DNA of 64,000 nucleotides from Flaccisagitta enflata (GCA_965153355.1 OZ231126.1:49724001-49788000); one strand, 5' to 3'. Shown: positions 38,547 through 54,925, numbered from the stretch's first letter. Made by a program: numbers and translations. The notes: a model not told the origin generated them from the sequence alone.

Positions 38547-38998
38547 TTAATATTTTCTCTGAGTCATTCTTTTTCACAGATGAATGATGGTATGTCAATC
38601 ATATGGAAATATTCTGTGGTTCTCTACTGCTCAATCATATGTGTATCACCCCAAATAAAGAAGAATGAGAAAGACGGACAAACTGAGAGACACACTGCTT
38701 TTGTTCATGACATAACAGTAAAAGCATCTGGATATTTAAACCACATCGTTCATTTAAGTATAAGATCCCGCCGTGGCACAACAACAAAAAAAGAAAAAAA
38801 AAGAGATGAAAACGAAAAAAAACACTAAACACGATTTTTCAGGAGGCGTAACCGACAGAACGACACGTGTTTCGGGTTGGTAAGGTGGTGGTGATTGAGA
38901 AAGAAGAGGAAGAAAGAAAGGAAGAAAGGAAGGAAGGAAGAATGGCAGAGGGGAGAAAGAAAGAGAGAAAAAAAGGAAGAAAGGCAGAAAGGAAGAGA

Positions 38999-39036
<38 letters not shown>

Positions 39037-39308
39037 AGGAAAGAAAGATAATGGGGGAAAGAACGATTTACAAAAATCATTCGATAACCCAAAAAGTTTT
39101 GCCTTGTTGACCATCCATGCCATATTTCAAGTCTTAACCATAATCCGTTTGTGGGGAGTGGGTTAAAAGTTATGATAACATTTTATATACTATCTTGTAA
39201 GGTGAGATCCAAATCCAACGAATTCAAAGGGACCAAGAATTCTGTTTTTGTTGGGCACCTCGTTTAAAGGCGGAAATGTTTTAAAAGCGGTTCTGTTGGA
39301 GCCAGGTT

Positions 39309-39310
<2 letters not shown>

Positions 39311-39398
<88 letters not shown>

Positions 39399-39408
39399 CT
39401 TTTCACAT

Positions 39409-39487
<79 letters not shown>
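39311..39487. repeat. Duplicated (AC)n-ATACACCTTTTCACATTTTC block
   Basis: Two (AC)n tracts, each followed by the same 20-bp tail. Confidence 0.95.
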
Positions 39488-39492
<5 letters not shown>

Positions 39493-39740
39493 CTTTTCAC
39501 ATTTTCAGACTCGTGGGTCATGGATGCATGGACAGTGAATGGACATAGAGATGTACTTACAGACAGACATATAGATTCTCCATGTCTATTGCTTATCAAT
39601 ATAAAAGGCAATACAAAAATGAAGAAAAGAATTTTAAGACGCGGACTATTGAGCAGGAGCAGTAATGTGAAAATCACTCAGAATTCAAAAATTTTACCTA
39701 CCGACCGACGCGGCAAGGTGAAGAGTCGCGTATTTCGACA

Positions 39741-39884
39741 AACAAGGCCGGATACACGGCAATCCAGTCGCGGACGGTTGGGCAGGAGCAGTAATACGAA
39801 AACCGCTCAGAATTCAAAAATGTGACGGACGGACCGACCTACCGACCGACACGGTAAGGTGTAGAGTCGCGTGTCCGCAACTAG
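39741..39884 (-). mobile_element. HINE-like family B (AGTCGCGGAC subTIR)
   Basis: Reverse-complement match to 53337-53492. A partial copy lies immediately upstream (about 39640-39737). Confidence 0.85.
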
Positions 39885-40477
39885 AAATGGCAACGGAAGA
39901 ATGAAACTTCAAGAAACGGAAAAAGTTACTTCTAAAGAAGAAATCAGGGATATTGCGCAAAAAGTCTGGAATTTGGGGAAGTGACAGGGGCCCTAGCTTC
40001 AACCCAAAGAGTTGACCCGATGCAGAAATTTGAGTCAGAGGGGGTAGAGTTTGGAGTTTTTGACCAAATCACCTAGTGGCATTTAATGTAAGTTTATTCT
40101 GCAGTATCTGCATACAAGAGTGCGTATAAGAGGAGTATTCAGTCTGAAATACGCATTTTTACGTTTTTTTAAGTTTCCCCACTAAAACTCTAAGTTTTCA
40201 TATGAGAGAAGTTTCCCTAGAAGCTAGAATCTAACTGATATAACACATAACTAACTTTCTATGTAATGTAGTAAAAAATGTGTAGGTGAATTGGTGAAAA
40301 CATTGATTTTTAGTCAGAATGACAGGAGACGCTGACAAACAAAATAAGTATTGTTGAATTAATTAGAGACATTCAACATTTTACGCAATAGATTTTTTTG
40401 CCAGTAAAAAAAAGTGTCAAGGCACTCATCACTTATTCAAAAGCTATCTTGCTCATCACTGGTATTCGAATCATTTC

Positions 40478-41234
<757 letters not shown>

Positions 41235-41859
41235 ATCTTGGTTGGGCGAATGGATCATTTGCCACCTGTTTCTTTTACCTATTAAGCGTCATGAATTCCA
41301 TGTACCTTTTCTCATGTTTTTTATGTTTGCGCTGAATAAGACACCATTTACTTCTGTTTAACGCGTCACGAAAAACCAACGAGAAACTACAAAACAAATA
41401 TTTCTTTAAAACCAAAGATGGTGGTATTCATCACATTTAGATTTTCATTTATTTTAATCTATTATTGCGTTTTTTGTCATGTGAATGTTATTACGCCAGT
41501 GATAACAATTATTGCCGACCGGAAAAAAAATGTAAAAACGTTTTTTTTACTTTTCTTATCAATAACCTGGGCTGTGTCAGGCAGTCTGCATCAAGTTGTG
41601 TTTTCTCATTTCTTTGAGAGTGGCTTTTTTTCATCAATGCTTTGATCAAAAAACCAAAATCGTTTTTGCATCTATGCCCTTACATACCCGCATATGATTA
41701 AAGGACTTTAAGAAAAAATATGACCTGTCATCTAAATATCTTTCCAGAAACATCCTCTTGTAGTTTATTTGTAGCTTCACCATATCACTTTGGGAATTGA
41801 TGCTTATAGGATGTAAACATAGAAATATTACCAAGGATCTCTTGTTATTCTTTGCTTAT

Positions 41860-41946
<87 letters not shown>

Positions 41947-42633
41947 CCCCCTCTTCCTCCTCTTCCTCCTCCTCCATCTGAAAAAACTCAAACCGGAAAC
42001 GCATTTTGGCGTCAAATACGTTTTTGCGTCACATCAGCAACTTCCGGTAGAGGTGGCGTATAAAAAAGCGTATGGGTAAACTCTAAGAGGGGGGGGGAGC
42101 GCTCCTCTACACCCCCCCCCATCGCTGCCCTTGTTTGAGGTATTCTTGCTTTCAATTTGGGGGCTGTGGCGACCCACCCTTTTTTTGACCGTGGCCACGG
42201 GCAAAAGTGGTGACTGATGTAATAGTTTCAGTGGTTACTTAAGTGAATAATAAAGTGCCATTGTTTTATGTTATTACTATTTTTACCTCACTTTTTCACT
42301 CGTTCTGTTCAATTTTTTCAATTATGTTCTTTTCTTTTCTTTTTATTTAGACCTTTTTATTTGTTTTTTTTTTAAATGATATTTTTTTTTATTTCTTTGT
42401 TTTTCTGTTGTTTTTTTCTTTTCTCTTCTTCTTCTTTCTTTGTTTATTTGTTTCTTTTTTTCTGTTTGCCTTTTTTTTTTCTTTCTTTTTATCCTTAAAA
42501 TGTTTCTAACTCGCTTACTTTTTTTTTCTTTTTCTCTCTTTCTTTCATTTTTGTCTTTTTTTTTCTCTCCTTCTCTCTTTTTCTCTTTCTCTCTCCCCCC
42601 TTCTCTCTGTCTCACTCTCTTTCTCTCTTTCTC

Positions 42634-43051
42634 TTTTTGGGCAGCGGCCCCAAAGGGCCGATGTCCTGTAGGACACAGAGGTGAATTTCCATATGTCAGT
42701 CCGTACGTCCGTCCGTCCGTCCGTCCGTCCCCCCCCCTGAAGCTTCCAAAGCCTCCCCATTGAATAACATGGGAAATTGATGAAATGCAAACTACTCATT
42801 GAATAACATGAAAATTGATGAAAAAAGGAAAAAAAATATAAAATTTTCATTGAATAGCATGGGAAATTGATGCAAAATTGAAAATATGCATAACTCCCAT
42901 TGAATATTATAGAAAATTGCTCAAATGGCCTCAAATATGCCCTCTCAGGACGTATGGAAATTCACCCCTGTGTCCTACTCCACTTCATCAGCTATCACTC
43001 CAAGCAGGGCATCGAGTACCGCTGACCATGTGCGATCCTTGGATGACTTGT

Positions 43052-43052
<1 letters not shown>
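42634..43052 (+). mobile_element. Family C variant carrying (GTCC)n and a CTTGTT end
   Basis: TTTTTGGGCAGCGGCCCCAAAGGGCC start, GTCCGTCCGTCC tract, CATTGAATAACATGGGAAATTGATG tandem units, GTACCGCTGACCAT..GACTTGTT end. Confidence 0.75.
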
Positions 43053-43525
<473 letters not shown>

Positions 43526-43650
43526 TTCATGAAATAGAAAAAAAATCTATGTGTGATCTGGTTGAAGGACAACAAAAGCTATCATGGGATCAGCGCTTTT
43601 GTCTTTGAAACCTGATCTTGCTTATCCAATGAAGGATTGATGGTGTTTCT

Positions 43651-44194
43651 CACTCCATAGCTCAACTCTATATGCCACGCCATCGCGGTAGGGTTTTGGC
43701 TGGTGACATATCTCGGTCAAAAACCATATAAGGTCAAATTTTCAAAATGGGAAATATACATATTTGATTGCAGATTCAGAATCCTTGTAAAAAACTGCCT
43801 GTTAAAAGTGTCTTCCTTTTTTCAAAATTCTAACTAGAACATTGTCAAATTTGACGTTAAAGGTATAAATAGAGTAAGAATTGCGCTTTTGTTTAAGATT
43901 TCGTTAATTTTGACCTAAAACGTCAATTTTGACAATGTTCTGGTCAGAATTTTAAAAAAGGAAGGCACTTTCAACATACAGTTTTTTACAAAGATTCTGA
44001 ATCTGCAATCAGATATGCAAAATTCAAATTTTGAAAATTTGACCTTATATGTCTTTTTACCTAAGAACCTTAGGCCATGGGGATCGAAAAATTGACCTGA
44101 GAGCATTTTTAACGGTCTGAGTTGATTCCTCAGGTCAATATTGGTCTAGTTTAAAATGGACAAGAGGAAATGATAATTTTTATATATTTCTGAG
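43651..44194 (-). mobile_element. Unclassified repeat with an internal foldback (arms of about 145 bp)
   Basis: Inverted arms 43719-43864 and 43913-44058. Flanks are homologous to 35568-35784. Confidence 0.78.
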
Positions 44195-44453
44195 AGCGTC
44201 CGCCAATCTCTATAAGAGGGTCTGTCTGTCCGTCCGTCCATCCGTCCGTCCATCTGTATGTCCATCACGCCTCCTTGAAAATCGCAGTTTTCGGCACTTC
44301 TCAGCCGCGATGATGTCACGTATCAAGTCAAATACTCGTAAGAATGTTTTGAGAGCCTCTCTTTATACTATGTCTTTTCATCTGTCTGTCCATCCAAGTC
44401 TACCGCCAAAGTCAATACACGCAGAGACGCAGTCAGGACGCATCGGGCTTGTT
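44193..44453 (+). mobile_element. HINE-like element related to 10996-11300
   Basis: TCTCTATAAGAGGG, (GTCC)n, ATGTTTTGAGAGCCTC, TCAATACACGCAGAGAC, GGACGCATCGGGCTTGTT. Confidence 0.7.
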
Positions 44454-45878
44454 ATATTGATATGAGTCAAGATACAAGATAAATCGGTCAAACTGCGTTG
44501 GGATACTTTGAGAAAAACGTATTTTGATTGCAGGGTAAGACGTAACCAACAATACAACACGCATTCTGGTCGGTCGTTTGGTCTGTTGGTCCAACTGACA
44601 AAAAACAAAAAAAAAACAAAAACAAAAACAAAACAAAAACAAAAACAAAAACAAAAACAAAAACAAAAACAAAAACAAAAACAAAAACAAAAACAAAAAC
44701 AAAAACAAAAACAAAAACAATTTTTTTTAGATGTTCAGTCCTTCCCCTTCATTCTATTTAATCTCGATTCAACTCTAGAGCTAACGTCACCTACAACATG
44801 TCAATCTCCTCTTCATCCTCCTCCTCCTCCTCCTCCTCCTCCTCCTCCTCCTCCTCCCTAACTATTTTCCTTCTCCTTCTTACTGTCGATATTTTCCCAG
44901 TTTTTTTCCTCTCCTCAGCTTCGGTCCCTGATGCTTGCTTTCCAGTACAAGTACCCCGCCTTCTAGCTCAAGGTCGTCTCCGCCCACATTTGTACGAGGG
45001 AGAAAACACACTAAAAATCTGAACCTTGGCTCTCGTCTCAAATTGACGGAATGACTCATCCGCGCGGACGTATTAGCGCCAATTTCTCTCTCGACATTCA
45101 ATCCAGTAGCACCACCACCACCATCACCACCATTAGATATCATATCTAGTAGCACCACCAATACCACCACCACCGTGGCCACCACGATCAGAACCTCTGG
45201 CTCCAGCGTCAATGCTACAGAAATGTATCAACAACCCTTCTTCATCGTTATTGTTCAATTCTATGCCTTTTGCTTTCTACCCGCATGGCTACCGACTTTT
45301 TAGTCGCGTGCTTGGCGACCTTACACCCCGCTATGTCCGTCGATCGGTCGGTAGGTCAGTCGATAGGTCCCCTTTTTGGGCAGCGGCCCCGAAGGTATCA
45401 CGCAACACTCGAGTTTTAAATTGAATGAAAACATTGAAAGTCTTCCAGTCCGACCCAGAAAGAAAACTTTTACAAGAAAAGTCAAGGGCAAATTGCCAAG
45501 CATTGCAAGAATTAAATTCAACAAATCACCCAAAGGAAATATTCTTATGAAACCATAGTTTTCTTTATCACCTCTGCTTACCTCCCACATCAACGTCTAT
45601 GCAGCTATGAAACCCTTCATCAGGAACTCATCGCTGATACTCTTGGTCTTAGGCCCCATGGCCGATTCACCATGAGAACCTCACACAATCCCTCGTTCCG
45701 GAGCTGAGACCCACTGTCGCCGGTTTTACCCTCCTTCCTCCCGATTTAGTGGTGGATGTCACGCAGCGACTTCAATGTCAAACTTCTTTAGCGTCAATTC
45801 GAAAATTCCTCTGCTCGTGCTGTAGAGAGTGAGAAACTAAAAAAAAATGAGAAAAAAAATGTAAGAGGGCTGTGTAAA

Positions 45879-46145
<267 letters not shown>

Positions 46146-46479
46146 AGTACAGATTGAGAGGAGGGGAAGAGAAAAAAAAAGGTTTCGAATAAAATCCCAT
46201 CGAAGGGAAAGGGCTAAACGAGTTAAGTGAGGAGTAATGAAGGATATTGAGCAAAGGATCAGTTCTGGAACCTAATCTTTCTTTTTCGAGAAGTACAAAA
46301 TGGGAACGTCTTACAAAGAAAACGAGGTTTTCCTATTACTAATACAAGTACAGTTTGCCAATTTCTTTAAAATTAGGTACAAAAGGAAAAAAAATATCAT
46401 GATCACTGCCATGGTTTTATATTCACTTGGTCTCGGCGGTTATAATTATCTAGATATCGTCACATAACATAAAGACTAA

Positions 46480-46568
46480 AGGGGTTTTCGCAGTGGGTAC
46501 ATTATCATGTTATTACTCAGATATTCCCTATGTTATACCTCAATAATTTTCCCAATGCGAAAACCCCT
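46480..46568. mobile_element. Tiny PIF/Harbinger-like MITE (89 bp)
   Basis: AGGGGTTTTCGCAGTGGG / CCCAATGCGAAAACCCCT inverted termini, flanked by TAA and TAG. Confidence 0.65.
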
Positions 46569-46574
46569 TAGGAC

Positions 46575-47027
46575 CAAGAGGGCAACAGTCGCGTGCCTCT
46601 GGATATGACAAACAAAACAGTAACAAAATGGTCAAAACTGTTATAAGTATTAAAAACTCTCCAAGGCTGATACAATATCAATACAATATCGATGCAGTAT
46701 GGATATGATACGATACAATGTCATTCCCAAAGTACCCAAAAACACCCAAAAATACCCAAAAATACCCAGAAATACCCGGAAATACCCAAAAATACCCAAA
46801 TATACCCAAAATTACCCTAAGGCAATATAATTACCTAGAGTGATTTAAGTACCCTGAAGTACCCTGAAGTACCCTGAAGTACCCTAAAGTACCCTAAAGT
46901 ACCTTAAATTACCTTCAGAAGTCAAAATTTTAAGAATGTGACGGACGGACGGACGGACGGACGGACGGACCGATGGACGGACCGACCGACACGGCAAGGT
47001 GTAGAGTCGCGTGCACGCGACTAAAAA
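46575..47027 (-). mobile_element. HINE-like element with central 10-bp arrays (AAATACCCAA then AGTACCCTGA)
   Basis: AGTCGCGTGC at 46587-46596, tandem 10-mers at about 46725-46915, (GGAC)n, AGAGTCGCGTGCACGCGACTAAAAA. Confidence 0.8.
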
Positions 47028-47569
47028 CATTGATAACGGTGAAACCCCAGTCACGCAACAGTTAATGGAAACAGATTACTTAGATCTTGGTAAGACACCG
47101 AGAGCATAGCATAGATAAATGGATAAGGATACGTGATGATTCAGTATGGAAAACAAAGAACGGGCACTGTGTAGGTGTTCTTTACTCACATTCGTTTTTC
47201 GCTTGTATTGAAACTCAATGGCGGAGGGTGGGAGAAATAATTGTGAATGATAGCAGCGAGAAAATTCTTTTTTTTTTTTTTCAGCCAATACTGTGGCTCA
47301 TTGCTCTTTCCATTTGTGTACCAGGCAAAAAATAAATTGTGATTGATAAGTGCAAATCTTAAACTAATATCGTGGGGGAAAAGTGTGGTAATTTGCCGGG
47401 GGAAACCAGCAAGTCCCTGATGGCATATTGATGCGGATCAGGAAAAACATTAATACAAAAAAACTGAACGATACTAATATTTGGCTGCCCCTTTTATTCT
47501 GATTACCTTAAAATATTGATTTCGGAGGATTTTTTGATATTAGAGGGATAAACGAGGCGTAAACATTCT

Positions 47570-48165
47570 CCATTCATGAATTACCTCGTTCAAACATTCA
47601 TGTTTTCCTTCATTCATGTATTCCTTCATTTACTATTCATTCATTCATCCATTCATTCATTAATTCATACATTCATTCATTTATTCATTCATTCATTCAT
47701 TCATTCATTCATTCATTCATTCATTCATTCATTCATTCACTCATTCATTCATTCATTCATTCATTCATTCCTCTATTCATTCGATCATCTCTTCATTCAG
47801 TCATTCATTCATTCATTCATTCATTCATTCATTCAATCATTCATTCATTCATTCATTCATTCATTCATTCATTCATTCATTCATCCAATCATTCATTCCT
47901 TCATTCATTGATTCATTCTTTCATTCATTCTTTCAATCATTCATTCTTCCATTATTCCTTTCATTCATCGATTCATTCATTCAGAAGAAGAAATAAGAAC
48001 GAAAATATTAGCAACCGACACGTGTTTCAGCTTTATTAGCTTCATCAGGCTACAAGGTCATTCATTCATTCAGTCATTCATTCATTCATTCAATCATTCA
48101 TTCATTCATTCATTCATTCAATCATTCAATCATTCATGCATTCATTCAATCATTCACTCATTCAT
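47570..48165. repeat. (CATT)n tetranucleotide region
   Basis: Directly visible, interrupted at about 47983-48058. Confidence 0.97.
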
Positions 48166-48376
48166 TTACTTTTATACCCAACCATTCGTACCCTCCAGGC
48201 ATCCACCATGAATGACTTGACGCACCTTTTGTATCTCTCGGCCTTGTTTTTCTCCCATCTAAAGTGGAGTGTTCTCTCGTTACACTTTGGACTGGAATTA
48301 CCAAAAGGAAATTAACGCTCTCCAGAAATGTCAAATGGAGAGATGGCTGTCGCTATGGTGGCTGAAACTTAGCCTA

Positions 48377-48485
<109 letters not shown>

Positions 48486-48984
48486 ATGTTTTGATTTTGA
48501 TGATTTCTCGTTAATACTTCGGTACCTTTTCATCTTATTCTTTAACTTTTTCTTATTTTCTTTTCAAATTGGTCGTAGTTGTTTGCCATTTTGTAACTAC
48601 TGTAGTTGCCTACAAGAACGTAAAAAGAAAAAAAAAAACTCCTTTTTTCCCACTCCTTTAACACACACAGACAATCCTAACTACAGCATCGTAAATGTGC
48701 GCTTTAACACTTTTTGACTCGATCATCACGGACAGACCAATGTATGGACTGATGGACAGACCAACGGACGGACCGACGGACTGACTAAGCCTCTTATAGA
48801 GTTGCGTGTCCCTAAGGAAAAAAATGGTAATTAAAAAAAGTTTTTTTTTCTAATCGGAAATCAAGGTTGACTCCATCTGTTGGAAGCAACAGCTGCTCGG
48901 CGGTTCGCTACCTAGCATATGTACTGCCTCATCAAGTAATTCAGACACCTTGTAAGGACATTTTGTGCCGATTGGAAGCAAGAG

Positions 48985-49048
<64 letters not shown>

Positions 49049-49172
49049 GAGACAGAGAGAGACAGAGAGAGACAGAGACAGAGAGAGACAGAGCGAAAGA
49101 CCGAAAGACCAAAAGACCGACCAAACTAAACCAAAATGCTTCTTAAAGTGTCACGATTACTACTTTAAGAGG

Positions 49173-49370
49173 CAAGGTCGGATACACAGTTACACACCTA
49201 CCCAAGTCACATTCAGGTGTGCAGGGGTAGTGATAAAAAAGCATTTGGGCAGGAGCCGTAATGCACAAACCACCAATAAACGCCTTGGTGTTTCTAAAAG
49301 TTGCAGAATGACCGACCATCCATCCGATGGACATAGCGGGTTGTAGAGTCGCGTGCACTAGACCAAAAAA
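49173..49370 (-). mobile_element. Degenerate HINE-like element
   Basis: CAAGGTCGGATACAC..GGGCAGGAGC..TAGAGTCGCGTGCAC. Confidence 0.65.
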
Positions 49371-49592
49371 GAGTAAAAAGCCCGGGTGGACGAATGCTTG
49401 AAAGAGATATGGAAGGTTGCGCGTTGGAGGTGAGGGTGACGCCCAGGAAAAGCAACGAAGCGTGGGCCCGATTAGGTGGACGATAAATTGACGCTTTACT
49501 CCTCCTTTTTTCCCTTGATTCTTCCCAGCTCAAGTGGAAAAAGTAGGAGGGTCCCGCAATTTGAAATTCCAATTTTAAGGAGAAAGAGATAG

Positions 49593-49658
<66 letters not shown>

Positions 49659-49920
49659 CACTGGCTCGCTCTCGATCTCTCTGTCATTATCGTACCACGC
49701 ATTTTAGAAATGGGAGGGTTGCCTGTCCCATTTTCATCTTCCCTGTGAACGAAACAATCTATCAGTCCCAATAAGCTTTTTTGTTTCTTTGGTCTCTCGT
49801 TCAATATTGGGATCCAGGCAAGAGAATTGTCGTTTGACGTATTTTTCTCTTCTAGGTAACCCTCGGCTATACTCAGTCTACAGTGTTACTGTAGGTCGCC
49901 CCGCCTTTTGCAATTTCCGT

Positions 49921-50034
<114 letters not shown>

Positions 50035-50139
50035 TACTTACTACTTGGAATCAATCGTTCCTCTACTTGTCGCAGCATCACTTGTCAACGTACTCTGTAG
50101 TCCGTTTTTTATTCCATTCAATTCGAATTATCATGACTT

Positions 50140-50219
<80 letters not shown>

Positions 50220-50845
50220 CCATCACCATCACCATCACCATCACCATCATCATCATTCTAAAAGAGGCTTTGTCCCTCCGTCGGTCCGTTGTTTGGTCGG
50301 TCAGTGATGCTCGAGTCGAAAGGTGTAAAAACGCGCATTTAGGATGCTGCGGTTGGGATTGGTTGAAGCGTGTGTATGGATGGTAAGTGAGGGGGTGTTG
50401 TACGCCCCTTCCCACCCACCCGCGACGATATTGAACACCCGCGCTACTTGTTTTGCTACGCTTTCTTTATCGTGATTTAATCACTCATACACATGCTCCT
50501 CTTGAGTTTTTTATCTAATTAATCTTACCACATTGAATCAAGCCAAGATATATCTTCTTTCTTTTAATTACTCCTCTTTCTATTTCAGGACAATTCTATT
50601 AATTCTCAATCATCGCCGTCAGAAGAAAGTAGGAAACCTGTTCGTCGTCGCTTCGAAGGATTCTTTGCAATGAGACAAACGACTCATGGAAGAATTGTTA
50701 ATTGATACAAGAAATAAAAAGAATGTCAGTATGCAAGAACCTGAATGACAACATCAGCAGCCTTGACGACAATCGGAATGAAATCTGTAAGTGCTATGGC
50801 AGCAATTGTACAAAGTAAAAAGAAAAGCAGCAAGGATCAGAATAA

Positions 50846-51564
<719 letters not shown>

Positions 51565-52751
51565 TTAATGAATTCACTTGGCGCGTCTGTGGTGAGGTAC
51601 TGTGAGGTGTGCTCCCGGATGATAGCATGTTAAACTTGAAGGGTTCAGGCATGAAATTTTCAGCTAAAAACGCATAGCACCAGTGAAAGAAGCGAATAAG
51701 CTGTGTGTAAGAGGACAATGCTCGCTTCCATGCAAAACGCCAATCGCTTATGAGTTTTAAATGTGTACTATTATCATAAATTCCTTAAAAATCAAGAAAC
51801 CCCAGCTTGTTACAAATCCTCTGCCGCTGCTGCTGCTGCTGCTGCTCGAATTTCTGATAAGAGCAAGACAAAAGAACAGTTTTGCCCGTTATTTCTTTGT
51901 AGATAATAACTAATTCAAAAAAAGGCTCAGGCGCTTGGCGATTTTCGATATGAAAAGGTACAATCGACGTTTAAATTGAAAGTTAAAGACAGCCCTAGAT
52001 CCCGGGATTCTCGCTACATTGGATGCCTAGTTCAAGTTCAACATCTACAAAACTACTTTAATTTACAGTGATCAATTTGGCGCTAGAAAAAAAAATCCTA
52101 AACTAACAGCTTAGTCGAGAGTGACAGGCATGGATAATGGCGAAACAGGTTACTCCGGCTTGGAGTGACGACAAAGCTGCTTATAAAAGCAAGGAAAGCT
52201 AAAACTGAGGGTTACAACATGTGCTCACTGAGTGACAGAACTCACTGGGATGGATGTTAACGAATATGTTTTCCATAATCTTGCATATTGATAAAGAGCG
52301 TCGCAAAAGGTTTTAGCCGGGATGGCTATGTATTTAATTCTCTTTGATGCTAAAAAGGGCCTCAAATAACTGGATCTCTGTTTTAATCATAGATTAAAGG
52401 CAGGTTATAGAATATCCAGAATAAGAATCCAGAATAAGAGTCTGATGTCTTTTGGGATAACCTTTATGTTGGTGCTTTGAGTATCCATTTCTAGGAAAGC
52501 TGCATGACTTAACTGGTGCACCGAGATGTGATAGACAGTCCCTCCTCTTGGCAAAACTGCCCACGCAAGCAAAAAAAAAAGTCTCCCCAATGTCAGACTA
52601 AAAAATTCGCGCTGTTTCAACGCAATTTACAAACGCATGACTCTCCCGCATATTTAAGGCAATCGATGCATTAGATATTAGGGATTTTTCAACCTCAGCA
52701 ATTCAGGATGAAAATGAGAACGAGAGAAAAAGTTTTATGATCTGATGTTGA

Positions 52752-52979
52752 TTTTTAGTCGCGTGCTACGCGACTCTACACCCCGCTTTGTCGGTCCGTC
52801 CGTCCGTCCGTCCGTCCGTCGGTCCGTCCGTCCGTCGGTCCGTCGGTCCCTCACACTTTACTTTTTTTGGGTTTTTGTGGTCTTTGGCCTCACTGCTCCT
52901 GCCCAAATGATCAAGTGACCTCAAAAACAGCCCCTGCCCACCCGCACGCGACTGGGGTAGCCGTGTATCCGGCCTTGTT
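52752..52979 (+). mobile_element. HINE-like family A, best-preserved exemplar
   Basis: T5, subTIR AGTCGCGTGC (52757-52766), adjacent IR ACGCGACT (52768-52775), (GTCC)n, core, 3' subTIR GCACGCGACT (52944-52953), hairpin GCCG-TGTATC-CGGC (52960-52973), CTTGTT into T-rich flank. No TSD. Confidence 0.9.
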
Positions 52980-53265
52980 TTTAACCACTTTGCTGGCATC
53001 TCTGGAACCTTTTGTTAATTCTTGGGAAAAAAATGTTTTAAAATGCGTTTGAATGCCCTCTAGGATAAGAGAATTAATGGCTTCTGAATAGCGTTGAATT
53101 CAACCAAAGAAAAACGAGAAAAAATCTTCTTGGTGAGGAGAAAAGAGGCTTTGAGTAAAGCGATGATAAAATCAATGTACGGTGTTTCATCGCCACATGT
53201 TGCCTTTCGTAACTCGCTTATCGCTTATTGCTTCTGTTCTGCATGGTAACCTCTAGTACGAGGTA

Positions 53266-53305
<40 letters not shown>

Positions 53306-53336
53306 TTACAGACGGAGAAAAAATCAACAACGATTG

Positions 53337-53492
53337 TTAGTCGCGGACACGCGACTCTACACCTTGCCGTGTCGGTCGGTAGGTCGGTCGGTAGATCGGT
53401 CGGTCCGTCACATTTTTGAATTCCGAGCGGTTTTCGCATTACTGCTCCTGCCCAACCGTCCGCGACTGGATTACCGTGTATCCGGCCTGGTT
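53337..53492 (+). mobile_element. HINE-like family B
   Basis: AGTCGCGGAC at 53339-53348 and GTCCGCGACT at 53458-53467, (GGTC)n tract, 3' CCGTGTATCCGG hairpin. Confidence 0.85.
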
Positions 53493-53898
53493 TGAGTGTA
53501 AATGGGAGACCATAACATTAATTTCTTACAAGGCCGGCTGCACGGCTGGACAGCTTGCATTACTTCTGGATCCGTTATAGAGGGGCGTAATTTGTATGTT
53601 TGCGAAACCTTAATGCAGGGAGGAGTACTGAGTTATGCCATTGGAAATAGAATAAGAATTGGCAACGAAAGGAAGTGTGATTGATTCGGGTGACGAACAA
53701 TCCTTAAACGGGTTAGCAAGCGCAAAATCCTAAAGTGTGAATCTATGGAAGTATAATTGTGGAAGAAACTAAAAGATGAAAAGACTGTAGCAGTCGTAAG
53801 AAATGAAATGGAGGGAGAAAAAGGTCAATAGAAAAGCCGGAGAGACGCTGCAGGGGAAAAGAAGCGATACAAGGTTGAACAATGTGGGGGGAAAAACA

Positions 53899-53985
<87 letters not shown>

Positions 53986-54591
53986 GAGAAAAGCATGAAG
54001 CGCTAATTGCAGAGCGCGCAATCATTACAATGTGAAATATTGAAGACGACGTTGAAAATAAACATGAAAACAAAACGGGAAACGACGTATAAAGAGCGAA
54101 AAAAAGAGAAAAAAGAAAAAAGAAAGTACGAGATGAAAATGAAAGAGAGGAGAAAGTAGGAGGAGAAGTGGCCATAAATCTAAGACAAGCCACAGGACTG
54201 ACCGGCTGTCAAGAGAACGGCTCGCGGGTAACGCCTTAATGGAAGATCGTCCCTGCTTTCTATGAAAGGCGATATTGATTGAGTTGGACGAATTGCGACA
54301 AATCACACGAACGCGAAAAAAAGAAAGAAAACAAGACGAGAAGAAAAACCAACATTGCCAGCTTTTTTTCTCTGTCAGTGTTTTTTTCTGCTGTCTCTGT
54401 TTTTTTTCCTCGCTATTTCTCTCTGCGCTAACTCTGTTTTTTCTATCTGCATGTGTTTTTATCTAAGCATCCTATCAGAATGTCCTACGCAACATGCCAT
54501 GATTAAACTTGTGAAAGGACAACACCGCTTGTCAGTTGTTGGTTGGTTGCACTATGATTGTGCAACTCACGAAAAGTATGCTTATAGATAA

Positions 54592-54925
54592 AGAATTGCA
54601 AAAAATTGATTGAACATGCTCTGCGGATGTTTGGGCACGGGTTACCATATGTACAACAAGGGGAAACCCTCGTTTGGCATTTTTGAGCCACCCCCAGACT
54701 GCCCGTCGCACTGAAAGATGGCCACATAAGGCCAAAAAAGGCCAAAATTGAAATCTCACCCCCCACTATAGAAAAATACATAAGCAGTTGGGTTTTTATC
54801 ATCAAGCATCGTTTTCTAGCTGGGGGTGGCTCAAAAATGCCAAACGAGGGTTTCCCCTTGTTATACATATGGTAACCCGTGCCCAAACATCTGCAGAGCA
54901 TGTTCAATCTATTTTATGCAATTCT
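54592..54925. mobile_element. Foldback element with near-perfect inverted arms of about 106 bp
   Basis: Arms 54592-54697 and 54820-54925, bracketed by a direct repeat of about 42 bp (54554-54595 and 54938-54979). Confidence 0.85.

Noticed and set aside
45376..45770. Possible exon or retroelement fragment (Lys/Arg-rich short ORF)
   Set aside because: The ORF starts inside a family C fragment, has no recognisable domain and shows no convincing splice context. A translated search would be needed to exclude it fully.
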